Below, piece by piece: positions 27,535 through 35,926 of a DNA stretch of 41,610 nucleotides; positions within the stretch are counted from its first letter, which is position 1, and every line of letters begins with the position of its first letter. Source of the stretch: an uncultured bacterium (GTDB lineage Bacteria; UBP14; UBA6098; B30-G16); assembly GCA_965552135.1 (NCBI GenBank), contig CBEVQY010000027.1, forward strand, positions 1-41,610, written 5' to 3'. A model generated the notes under the pieces. The model was given only the letters and a program-made list of their open reading frames with translations. It made no database searches and was not told the DNA's origin. The position numbers and the translations under genes are program-made.

Positions 27535-28937
27535 CCGCGCGCCTTAAAGTACTTCGAAAGCCCGTAGCGATCGATCTTCCTGTAGAGGGTCGAAAGATCT
27601 ATCCCGAGGATTTTGGCAGCCTCGCTTTTGTTCCCGCCCGTCTGCGTCAGGACCCAGAAGATGTACGCCTTCTCGATTTCGGCGATGGAGGGCATAGAGG
27701 GCAGCGTTTTTTCGGCTGCCTGCGGCGTTTCCTCCCGCTTTGCCTCCTTGGATGTTGCCTCGCGAATGTACTTCGGCAGATGCTCGGGCGTGATGACGCC
27801 CTTTTCGCACAAAAGCACAGCCCGCTCGAGGACGTTCTCAAGCTCGCGGACATTCCCCTCCCACGGTGCGTTTGCGAGGATTTCGGCTGCCTCGGGCGAG
27901 AGGCGTTTGGGCTCGCTTCGGTTGCGCGCCGCAAGCGACTCGAGTATCGCGTTCGCTATCGGGATTATGTCCTCCCGCCGCTCCCGAAGCGGCGGAATGT
28001 GGATGTAGATGACGTTCAGCCTGTAGAAGAGGTCCTGGCGGAAGGAGCCCTCGTCGACCATAGCCTTGAGATTTCGGTTCGTGGCGGCGATTAGGCGAAC
28101 GTCGACCTTCACGGGCTTGGTTGCCCCAAGCGGCGTGAACTCGTTGGTCTCCAGTATGCGCAAAAGCTTTGCCTGTATGCTTGGGCTTGTTTCGCCGACC
28201 TCGTCGAGGAAGAACGTTCCGCCGTGGGCGACGGCGAAAAGCCCCTCCTTGTTGACGTTAGCCCCCGTAAACGCCCCCTTCACGTAGCCGAAGAGCTCGC
28301 TTTCCAGTAGCGTTTCGGGCAGTGCGGCGCAGTTTATCGTGACGAATGGTCCGTCGGCGCGATTGCTGAGCTGGTGTATAGCCCTTGCCAAAAGCTCCTT
28401 GCCCGTGCCGCTTTCGCCCGTGATCAGAACGGTGCTGTCGGTGGGCGCAACCCTGCGGACGAGGTCCTTTATCTGCTTGACGGCTCTGCTTACGCCGACG
28501 AACTCGTCGAGCTTGGTCGTTCCGCGCAGGGTTCGGCGGAGGATCCTGTTCTCCCGCCGAAGCGCCCTCGTCTCGAGGGCGCGCCTGACGGCAAACTTTA
28601 TCTGATCAAGCTGGAAGGGTTTTGTGATGTAGTCGAAGGCGCCGTGGCGCAGCGCCTCAACCGCGCTCGAAAGCGAAGCATACGCCGTTATCAGTATCAC
28701 AGGTATGTCCGGGTCAAAGCGCTTTACGTCCCTCAGGAGGGCGATGCCGTCGGTCTCGGGCATCATTATGTCGGCTATCACGAGGTCGAAGGGCTCGGTC
28801 TCGAGGTACTTCATCGCCTCGTCGTAGCTGTGCGCCGACCTGACCCAATAGCCCTCCTCGGAGAGCATCACCTCCAAAACCTGGCAGATGCTCTCCTCGT
28901 CGTCCACAACCATTATGTGGGGCTTGGCAAAATCCAT
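27531..28937 (-). CDS. Sigma-54-dependent Fis-family response regulator (NtrC/AtoC/PilR-like)
   Basis: Receiver domain (VVDDE, DIMMP, KPF), AAA+ GESGTGKE, ESELFG, GAFTGA, FLDE, DLFYRLNV, WEGNVREL and Fis HTH (AAKILGIDLSTLYRK). Confidence 0.96.
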   Translation of the reverse strand: MDFAKPHIMVVDDEESICQVLEVMLSEEGYWVRSAHSYDEAMKYLETEPFDLVIADIMMPETDGIALLRDVKRFDPDIPVILITAYASLSSAVEALRHGAFDYITKPFQLDQIKFAVRRALETRALRRENRILRRTLRGTTKLDEFVGVSRAVKQIKDLVRRVAPTDSTVLITGESGTGKELLARAIHQLSNRADGPFVTINCAALPETLLESELFGYVKGAFTGANVNKEGLFAVAHGGTFFLDEVGETSPSIQAKLLRILETNEFTPLGATKPVKVDVRLIAATNRNLKAMVDEGSFRQDLFYRLNVIYIHIPPLRERREDIIPIANAILESLAARNRSEPKRLSPEAAEILANAPWEGNVRELENVLERAVLLCEKGVITPEHLPKYIREATSKEAKREETPQAAEKTLPSMPSIAEIEKAYIFWVLTQTGGNKSEAAKILGIDLSTLYRKIDRYGLSKYFKARG

Positions 28938-29002
28938 ACCAAATTATAATTGAACGAACAAACCCACCCCTGTCAACGGATTTGTCGAGGGTTTTGCTCA
29001 TC

Positions 29003-29031
29003 TTGACAGAGCCGCTGGCGCGCCTTATCTT
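29003..29031 (+). promoter_or_regulatory. sigma70-type promoter for ruvA
   Basis: TTGACA, 17 nt, TATCTT, with only 9 nt before the ruvA ATG. Confidence 0.6.
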
Positions 29032-29040
29032 TAAAGGCGC

Positions 29041-29607
29041 ATGATAGAGTATATCAGAGGCAAGCTTGTGGAGAAGTCTCCGTTTTATGCTGTTGTTGAC
29101 TGTGGCGGCGTTGGGTACAGGCTTTCCATAACGCTTGCCACGTACGAGTCGCTGCCGCCCGCGGGGAACGAGGTGAGGCTTTTGGCTCATCTCCTCCATC
29201 GCGAGGACGGTATGGAGCTTTTCGGCTTCTGCGATGCGCGGGAGCGCGAGCTCTTCGAAAAGCTCATAAGCGTCACCCGCGTTGGACCCAGGCTTGCGCT
29301 TGCGATCCTTTCGGGCGCGCCCTTCGAAAGGATAATCTCCGCAATAGCTACAGGCGACGTCGAAACCCTGGCAGCTATACCTAAGGTCGGCAAGAAGACG
29401 GCGGAGAGGATCGTGATGGAGCTGAGGGATAAGTTCGAGCTCCCCACACCCGTGCCGCAGGAGGACGAGCTTTTCGCGCAGGCTGTCGATGCGCTCGTCG
29501 TTTTGGGTTTCTCCCGCAGCGAGGCGACGAAAGCCGTCGCGAGGGCTGTGAGCGAAAATCCAAATATGCAACTCGATGAAATTATTAAAGTTGCGCTGAG
29601 AGGGTAA
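29041..29607 (+). CDS. ruvA: Holliday junction branch migration protein RuvA
   Basis: MIEYIRGKL, GVGY, REDGMELFGF, HhH motifs VGPRLA and VGKKTAERI, C-terminal ALVVLGF. Confidence 0.96.
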   Translation: MIEYIRGKLVEKSPFYAVVDCGGVGYRLSITLATYESLPPAGNEVRLLAHLLHREDGMELFGFCDARERELFEKLISVTRVGPRLALAILSGAPFERIISAIATGDVETLAAIPKVGKKTAERIVMELRDKFELPTPVPQEDELFAQAVDALVVLGFSRSEATKAVARAVSENPNMQLDEIIKVALRG

Positions 29608-29630
29608 AGCTCTTTATAAAGGAGGAGGCA

Positions 29631-31898
29631 ATGTTTAGAAGGGCGTTTGTGGTTGTTCTTTTTGCATCGGTGCTTTTCGCCGATGGCGTGACCTCCAGGC
29701 TGCCTGTGAGGATCTCGGGGGTCGTTCCGTCCGGCAATGTGTGTGGGCATTTGCGTGGTGGCGGCGTGCGCGCCTTCAGATCGTCGGAGGTGGAGCTGGA
29801 GGACGTGCTCGACTGCGATTCGGTGCGCACCGTCCTTCTGCCCGGCGAAGCTGTGTTCTTCAGGGTCGACGCGAGCGCAAACACGGTCGAGCTTGTGGAC
29901 GAGAGGGATACGCTTCCTGCGGCGTGTTGGGACGCAATATATGCGTCTCCGGTCTGGCTGAGGGATGACCTCTACCAGTCCTTCCGTCATCTCGATGCCA
30001 CCTCCGCGGAGACATACGCTGGCATCATACTCTCCGCGCCGGAGGAGCAGATCGACGAGGTTGCCTTCTGCGTGGCTCATATGGCGCCGCAAACGCTAAC
30101 CGACGAGAGACTTGACCCCGAGCTTCTGCTTCTGAATGCCGAGTTCATCTATCGCCTGGCGGACTCTTTGGAGTACGTTGAGCTTTTGGAGTACGGCAAC
30201 GTTGGCTCGGGCGATTGGTATACCACGACGGCATATTGGGTCACCGATTCCACGCTCGCAGACACCTTCCTTCTGGAGATGCCCAGGGAAATATACTATT
30301 GGTATGTCGTTCACCCCAAGCTTTCCGACGAGTCGGTCAAGATGGACGATTTTGCCGGAGATACGCGCGAAAGGACGTACGGTTACTTCTGGCGGCAATA
30401 CCTTTGGATGGACGACACAAGCGGCGTCCATCCCTACACCGACGGCGGCTACCCCCTCCTTGCGGATTGGGTTAAGATGGCGAAGGTGCTTTGGATAAGG
30501 AACGACACCGTTCTTACCGCCGACAGGTGGGTTGGTCCCGAAAACGGCGCGCTCGACATAATAGGCGAGTGGGTTTCGACCCTCCTTCCTGATCCGCCGG
30601 GGGCGGTAAGACCGATCCAGCCCAACCAGATAGCGTACTACCACAGCGGCAACTGCGGCGAGGTTCAGGACCTCCTTGCCGCTGCGTGCAGAACGGCTCT
30701 CATACCCGACCTCTGCGTCGGCACCCTGCTTCAGGACCACGTCTGGAACGAGTTCTGGGACGATGGTTTTCCCGGTGAGCTGTGGGAGCCGGACGCCTGG
30801 CACACCTACCAGGTGGATCGCTGGGGCGGCAACACCGCGCTTGCCCCTCACTGGGGCGGGTACGACACCGACCGAGGCGGCTCGAAGCACATAAACAACT
30901 GCATCGGCTGGCGCGGCGATGGATACGCTATCGACAGAACGCCGGCGTACACGCGCGTCTGCACCCTCATGGTCGAGGTGCTCGATGCGGCGGGGAATCC
31001 CGTTCCGGGAGCGCAGGTCCTTTTGGCGTCCAACTCCTACTACGATACCACCGGGCTTTACGTTGCCGACATAAGGGCAACCGATGCGAGGGGGATGATG
31101 GTCGTTTCCATGGGCGACGGTTGCCCCTACTATTTCCGCGTCGATTCGCCCGTCGGCAGCGAGCCACCATCCAGCGGAACCGTCACCGCTTTCCCCACCC
31201 TCGGGAGTGGGACGGCGACGGCGGGCGAAATATACGTTGCCTCGGTTAGCCTAAGTGGCGTTGTGTCGACGCTGCCTGTGACGGAGGTGACGTCCACCGG
31301 CGGCGATAAGCAGCTGCGCGTCGTCGTAAACGTGCCATACGAGTACATCCGCGGCCCCGGCGTGTTCGACTCAAGGGACATCACATACTCCCTCCGCTCC
31401 CAATACGGCGTGGTCACGGTCTTCGTCTGCGACTCGGCAAACTTCGAAGCATACAGAGCCGGAAGCTCCTTCGAAGCTTATGAGTACTATTCCCGCATCT
31501 CCGAGGGATGGTTCATCTTGGACCTTCCGTCCGAGGGGGTGTGGTACGTTGTTCTGTCTTCGGAGGAGACGATAAACAACGACAACCTCGTCGTCGCCGA
31601 GGTCGCGCTCGGCTACGATCTGGAGCACGTCGTCCACGAGGGGAAGCCGCGCAAAGCAAGCCTTACGGTCGAGCCTAACCCGTTCAATGGCGCTTGTGTG
31701 ATCTCGTTCCGTCCGCCTGATGGCGAGGGGAGGGTTTTTGTCACCGATATCGCCGGCAGGAGGGTTGCCGACTTTGTGGTTGCCCCCGGCGAGGGCGAGG
31801 TCCGCTGGGACGCCGCGGGCGAAAGCTCGGGCGTCTACCTGGTCACACTCGTTGCCGACGACAGGATTGAGCAGCGCAGAGTCGTTCTACTCAAATGA
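29631..31898 (+). CDS. Secreted transglutaminase-like protein with T9SS-like C-terminal domain
   Basis: SD AAAGGAGG; signal peptide; GNCGE and DHVWNEFW transglutaminase-core motifs; prealbumin/carboxypeptidase-regulatory-like VLDAAGNPVPGAQV segment; C-terminal EPNPFN...DIAGRRV...SSGVYLV...RRVVLLK. Confidence 0.78.
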   Translation: MFRRAFVVVLFASVLFADGVTSRLPVRISGVVPSGNVCGHLRGGGVRAFRSSEVELEDVLDCDSVRTVLLPGEAVFFRVDASANTVELVDERDTLPAACWDAIYASPVWLRDDLYQSFRHLDATSAETYAGIILSAPEEQIDEVAFCVAHMAPQTLTDERLDPELLLLNAEFIYRLADSLEYVELLEYGNVGSGDWYTTTAYWVTDSTLADTFLLEMPREIYYWYVVHPKLSDESVKMDDFAGDTRERTYGYFWRQYLWMDDTSGVHPYTDGGYPLLADWVKMAKVLWIRNDTVLTADRWVGPENGALDIIGEWVSTLLPDPPGAVRPIQPNQIAYYHSGNCGEVQDLLAAACRTALIPDLCVGTLLQDHVWNEFWDDGFPGELWEPDAWHTYQVDRWGGNTALAPHWGGYDTDRGGSKHINNCIGWRGDGYAIDRTPAYTRVCTLMVEVLDAAGNPVPGAQVLLASNSYYDTTGLYVADIRATDARGMMVVSMGDGCPYYFRVDSPVGSEPPSSGTVTAFPTLGSGTATAGEIYVASVSLSGVVSTLPVTEVTSTGGDKQLRVVVNVPYEYIRGPGVFDSRDITYSLRSQYGVVTVFVCDSANFEAYRAGSSFEAYEYYSRISEGWFILDLPSEGVWYVVLSSEETINNDNLVVAEVALGYDLEHVVHEGKPRKASLTVEPNPFNGACVISFRPPDGEGRVFVTDIAGRRVADFVVAPGEGEVRWDAAGESSGVYLVTLVADDRIEQRRVVLLK

Positions 31899-32509
31899 GG
31901 CTGCCCATGAGGAGCTGGAACATAGCACCCTTGATAAAGGAGCTTCGCGTCCTCATCCTCGACGTCGACGGGGTTCTTACGGCGGGCGGCATAGTTTACG
32001 GCAGCGACGGCGCCGAGCAAAAGAGGTTCGACGTTAAGGACGGCCTGGGCGTGGTGCTTTTGAGGTCCCTCGGGATAAAGACGGTCATAATAACGGGTCG
32101 CAGCTCCCAGCTTGTGGAGAGGCGCGCGAAGGATATGGGGGTTGATCTGGTTCTGCAGGGGTTCCCCATAAAGGTTCCCGTCTACGAAAGCCTCAAGGAC
32201 GAGTTCGGCTTGCCCGACCAGGCTTTCGGCTTTGTGGGCGATGACCTTATTGACCTTGACGTTATGAGGAAAGTAGGTTTTTCAGCGGCTCCTGCGGATG
32301 CACATCCGGCGGTCAAGCAGGTTGCGTCCTACGTTTGTCGCAACCCGAGCGGCGCCGGCGCGGTGAGGGAGGTGGTTGATCTCATCATAGCTTTCAGGCG
32401 CGGTGAATTCGGCGCGCAGAACTTCCTGCCCATGCAGCTTCTGGAGCACTGGCAGGACATCGTTTGGGAGCGGATGAAGGGCGCATCGCCTGCCAAGGAG
32501 AGGAAATGA
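31895..32509 (+). CDS. kdsC: KDO 8-phosphate phosphatase (HAD superfamily, KdsC/YrbI)
   Basis: LDVDGVLT, FDVKDGLG, IITGR, VGDDLID and GAVRE motifs; ATGA overlap with the upstream gene. Confidence 0.9.
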   Translation: MRLPMRSWNIAPLIKELRVLILDVDGVLTAGGIVYGSDGAEQKRFDVKDGLGVVLLRSLGIKTVIITGRSSQLVERRAKDMGVDLVLQGFPIKVPVYESLKDEFGLPDQAFGFVGDDLIDLDVMRKVGFSAAPADAHPAVKQVASYVCRNPSGAGAVREVVDLIIAFRRGEFGAQNFLPMQLLEHWQDIVWERMKGASPAKERK

Positions 32510-33192
32510 GGTTTTGCGTTTTGATCCCTGCGTACAACGCGGCGCAGCAGCTTCCGGAGCTTTTCGCGCGGCTTTTTTGCCTCGTCGACCGGAGCGACGT
32601 GATCGTCGTCGACGACGGCTCGAACGACGATACCTCCTCCGTGGCCGAGGCTGCGGGCGTCAGGCTCGTTCGCCACGACAAAAACGAGGGCAAGGGCGCG
32701 GCGCTCAAAGCCGGATTCGCCATGGCGCTGGCGGAGGGATACGACGCCGTCGTCACCATCGACGCCGACCTGCAGCACCCGCCCGAGCTTATCCCACGGT
32801 TCGTCGATGCGCTGGAGGAGGGATTTGACCTCGTTGTGGGCAACCGCCTCGACGACGTGCGCTCAATGCCCATCGAAAGACGGGTGAGCAACCTCATCTC
32901 GACCCTGGCGACCTCGATCCTGGCGGGACGAAAGCTGCTCGACAGCCAGTGCGGCTTCAGGGCGATAAGAAGCTGGGTGCTTAGGCGCGCAAGGCTTTTT
33001 TCGAAAAGATACGAGCTCGAAAGCGAGCTTCTGGTGGAGGCGGCGCGGATGGGCGCTAAAATCGCCTTCGTGAAAATCCCCACAATCTACAACGGAAACA
33101 AAAGCTACTTCCACCCTTTGGTTGATACGATGCGCTTTGTCGCCTTTCTTTTCACTTACTATCCGCGGCGATGGCTTAGCCGCAAAAGCTGA
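32506..33192 (+). CDS. Glycosyltransferase family 2 (DPM1-like)
   Basis: IPAYNA, VVDDGSND, NEGKGAA, DADLQH and DSQCGFR motifs; ATGA overlap with kdsC. Confidence 0.92.
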   Translation: MRFCVLIPAYNAAQQLPELFARLFCLVDRSDVIVVDDGSNDDTSSVAEAAGVRLVRHDKNEGKGAALKAGFAMALAEGYDAVVTIDADLQHPPELIPRFVDALEEGFDLVVGNRLDDVRSMPIERRVSNLISTLATSILAGRKLLDSQCGFRAIRSWVLRRARLFSKRYELESELLVEAARMGAKIAFVKIPTIYNGNKSYFHPLVDTMRFVAFLFTYYPRRWLSRKS

Positions 33193-33288
33193 CTTTTTGG
33201 CAAAAATGGCTTGCCTTGTGGGGAGGGGCTCTTTTTCTTTCTTTTGCAGCTTGTCCCTTGATGCTGGGTCAAATAAAAGGAGGACGAA

Positions 33289-34353
33289 ATGCACAAGAAG
33301 CTCTTTATCCCAGGTCCGACCGAGGTTAGGGAGGACGTTTTGGCGAAACTTTCCACGCCCCAGATAGGGCACCGCTCCAAGGAGTTTCAGGAGCTTTACA
33401 AAAGCATTGTGCCCAAGCTGCAGAAGGTCCTTTACACCAAAAACAAGATAATCCTCTCCACAAGCTCCGGCACGGGGCTAATGGAGGCAGCGGTTCGGAA
33501 TTTTTCCGCCAAAAGGATTTTGGCGACCATATGCGGCGCGTTTTCGGAGAGATGGGCAAAGATAGCTCAGGCAAACGGCAAGGAGCTTGACGCCATAACG
33601 GTCGACTGGGGCAAGCACGTCCCAACCGAGGAGATAGATAAGGCGCTCGCGACGGGGAAGTACGACTGCCTCCTCTACACCCACAACGAAACGTCGACCG
33701 GTGTTATGAACCCCATCGAGGAGCTTGCCGAGGTTATGAGGAAGTACCCGGACGTCGTTTGGTGCGTTGATGCCGTAAGCTCGATGGCGGGCTACCTCTT
33801 CAAGGTCGATGAGCTTGGCGTCGACTTCATCCTCGCAAGCACGCAGAAATGCTTTGCCCTGCCATCCGGTCTTGCCGTCGCCGCCGTAAGCGAAAAGGCG
33901 CTCGAGAGATCAAAAAACGTCCCCAACAGGGGCTATTACTTCGACATGCAGGTCTTCATGAAATACGACGAGCGCAACCAAACGCCCACAACACCGGCTA
34001 TCCCGCATCTGTTCGCCCTCGACTACCAGCTCGACAGGATCCTCGAGGAGGGGATGGAGAACCGCTACAAGAGGCACCTCGAGATGGCGGAGTACGTGCG
34101 CGGATGGGCGAGGGAGTACTTCGAGCTCTTCCCGGAGCCAGGATATGAGTCCGTCACGCTCACCACTGTGAAGAACAACCGCGGCATATCAGTTGCCGAA
34201 CTCAACCAGAAGCTCGGCGAACGAGGTAAGATGATCTCCAACGGCTACGGCAAGCTCAAGGAGCAGACGTTCCGAATAGCCCACATGGGCGACCTGACGC
34301 TGGATGACCTGAAGGAACTTTTGGCTGATATAAACGATATACTCGGTTTCTGA
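33289..34353 (+). CDS. Class V PLP aminotransferase (serine-pyruvate/alanine-glyoxylate or archaeal-type phosphoserine aminotransferase)
   Basis: FIPGPT, GHRS, SSGTGLME, HNETSTG, VDAVSS, STQKC (PLP lysine), TPTTP and FRIAHMG; strong SD. Confidence 0.92.
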   Translation: MHKKLFIPGPTEVREDVLAKLSTPQIGHRSKEFQELYKSIVPKLQKVLYTKNKIILSTSSGTGLMEAAVRNFSAKRILATICGAFSERWAKIAQANGKELDAITVDWGKHVPTEEIDKALATGKYDCLLYTHNETSTGVMNPIEELAEVMRKYPDVVWCVDAVSSMAGYLFKVDELGVDFILASTQKCFALPSGLAVAAVSEKALERSKNVPNRGYYFDMQVFMKYDERNQTPTTPAIPHLFALDYQLDRILEEGMENRYKRHLEMAEYVRGWAREYFELFPEPGYESVTLTTVKNNRGISVAELNQKLGERGKMISNGYGKLKEQTFRIAHMGDLTLDDLKELLADINDILGF

Positions 34354-34383
34354 GCGAGAACCACATTCGAAGGGGAGGGGGAA

Positions 34384-35013
34384 ATGAGAAGGAGGCGCGA
34401 GGGGGTGCACCATGGGCGCTCAAACGGCGTTAGAGAGATGCTCTTCCGCTCGGCGACAAAGCTTTTTGCGCTGAGGGGATACTTTGCCACAACCATAAGG
34501 GATATCGTCGAGGACGCCGACGTCACGCAGCCCATGGTCTACTACTACTTCGGGAGTAAGGAAGAGCTCTTCGTCACCTGCATAAAGGAGACCTACCGCA
34601 AGCTCACGGAGCTTTACAAAACCATCGACCCGCATCAGCCGTTTCGGCGCTTCATCACTCAGGTCATCGAGAAGACCTTCGAGTTTTTCCTGAAATGCCC
34701 CGAGGACCTCTTGCTGCTTGTAAACTACATTCACTCCTCCGACGAGTATCCGTCGTTTGAGGGCGTTGAGGAGGTGATCCTTGAGCCGCTTTACGTCATC
34801 ATAAGGGGAGTCGAGGAGGGCAAGAAGCGCTCGGAGGTTAGAAGGAACGTTGATCCCGTTGCGTTTGGCGTAGCCCTCTTCGGCGCGTTCGGGCTTGCCG
34901 CCTCCTTCCTCTACAAAAGCGATAAGCTCCCCCTCCCTCGCAAACCGAAAGCGAAAGACTTCTCAAACCTCTACAGCCAACTTTTTACCCAAGGCGTGGA
35001 AGAAAGGGGGTAG
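34384..35013 (+). CDS. TetR/AcrR family transcriptional regulator
   Basis: HTH region LFALRGYFATTIRDIVEDADVTQPMVYYYFGSKEELF. Confidence 0.93.
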   Translation: MRRRREGVHHGRSNGVREMLFRSATKLFALRGYFATTIRDIVEDADVTQPMVYYYFGSKEELFVTCIKETYRKLTELYKTIDPHQPFRRFITQVIEKTFEFFLKCPEDLLLLVNYIHSSDEYPSFEGVEEVILEPLYVIIRGVEEGKKRSEVRRNVDPVAFGVALFGAFGLAASFLYKSDKLPLPRKPKAKDFSNLYSQLFTQGVEERG

Positions 35014-35017
35014 TCCC

Positions 35018-35926
35018 ATGGCCAAGATACTTGTTTGCGACAAGATAGCGCAGTCGGCGCTTGACGAGATGGAGGCTCTCGGCCACGAGGTCACCTACAA
35101 AACCGGGATGGACCAGGACGAGCTAATAAAGACCGTTCCGCCGTACGAGGCTATGATAGTCCGCAGCGCCACGAAGGTTCGCAAACCCGTGATAGATGCT
35201 GCGGAAAACCTCAAGGTGATCATCCGCGGCGGCGTTGGCATCGACAACATCGATCACGAATACGCCCGTCAGAAGGGGATACAGGTTCGCAACACCCCGG
35301 GTGCATCTTCGCCTTCGGTGGCGGAGCTTGCTTTGGCGCATATATTTTCCGTCTGCAGGTTCGTCGCGGCATCGACCTGGAGGATGCGCAAGGGAGACGA
35401 CTTCAAGACGATAAAGAAGGAGTCGCAGGGCATCGAGGTTGCGGGAAAGACTTTGGGTATAATCGGCATAGGCAGGATAGGCAGGGAGCTTGCCCGGCGC
35501 GCTCTGGCTCTGGGGATGAGCGTTATTGCCCACGACCCCTACGTCGACGATGCCGGGGTTGAGGGGGTTAGGCTCGTTTCCCTCGATGAGCTTTTGGGCG
35601 AGGCTGATATCATAAGCGTTCACACGCCCGCGGTCGACAAGCCCATCTTGGGGCGCGAGGAGTTTGGGAAGATGAAAGACGGCGCGATCGTTATAAACAC
35701 TGCCCGCGGCGGCGTCGTCGACGAGGATGCGCTCCTTGAGGCGCTCAACTCGGGCAAGCTTTGGGGCGCAGGGATCGACGTGTTCGTCGGAGAGCCGAAC
35801 CCCAAGCCCGAGCTTGTGAATCACCCCAGGGTGTCCGTAACGCCCCATCTGGGCGCAACGACGAAAGAGGCGCAGGAGCGCATCGGCAAGGAGATCATAG
35901 CCATCCTGAAAGAGGTCTTCGGATGA
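35018..35926 (+). CDS. D-2-hydroxyacid dehydrogenase, short SerA-like (no ACT domain)
   Basis: IVRSATKV, GVGIDNID, GIIGIGRIG, NTARGG, DVFVGEP and TPHLGA; 302 aa from ATG 35018. Confidence 0.9.
   Translation: MAKILVCDKIAQSALDEMEALGHEVTYKTGMDQDELIKTVPPYEAMIVRSATKVRKPVIDAAENLKVIIRGGVGIDNIDHEYARQKGIQVRNTPGASSPSVAELALAHIFSVCRFVAASTWRMRKGDDFKTIKKESQGIEVAGKTLGIIGIGRIGRELARRALALGMSVIAHDPYVDDAGVEGVRLVSLDELLGEADIISVHTPAVDKPILGREEFGKMKDGAIVINTARGGVVDEDALLEALNSGKLWGAGIDVFVGEPNPKPELVNHPRVSVTPHLGATTKEAQERIGKEIIAILKEVFG

Noticed and set aside
33198..33214. Sigma-54 promoter-like TGGCA...TTGC
   Set aside because: The GG-to-GC spacing is 2 nt longer than the strict -24/-12 requirement.
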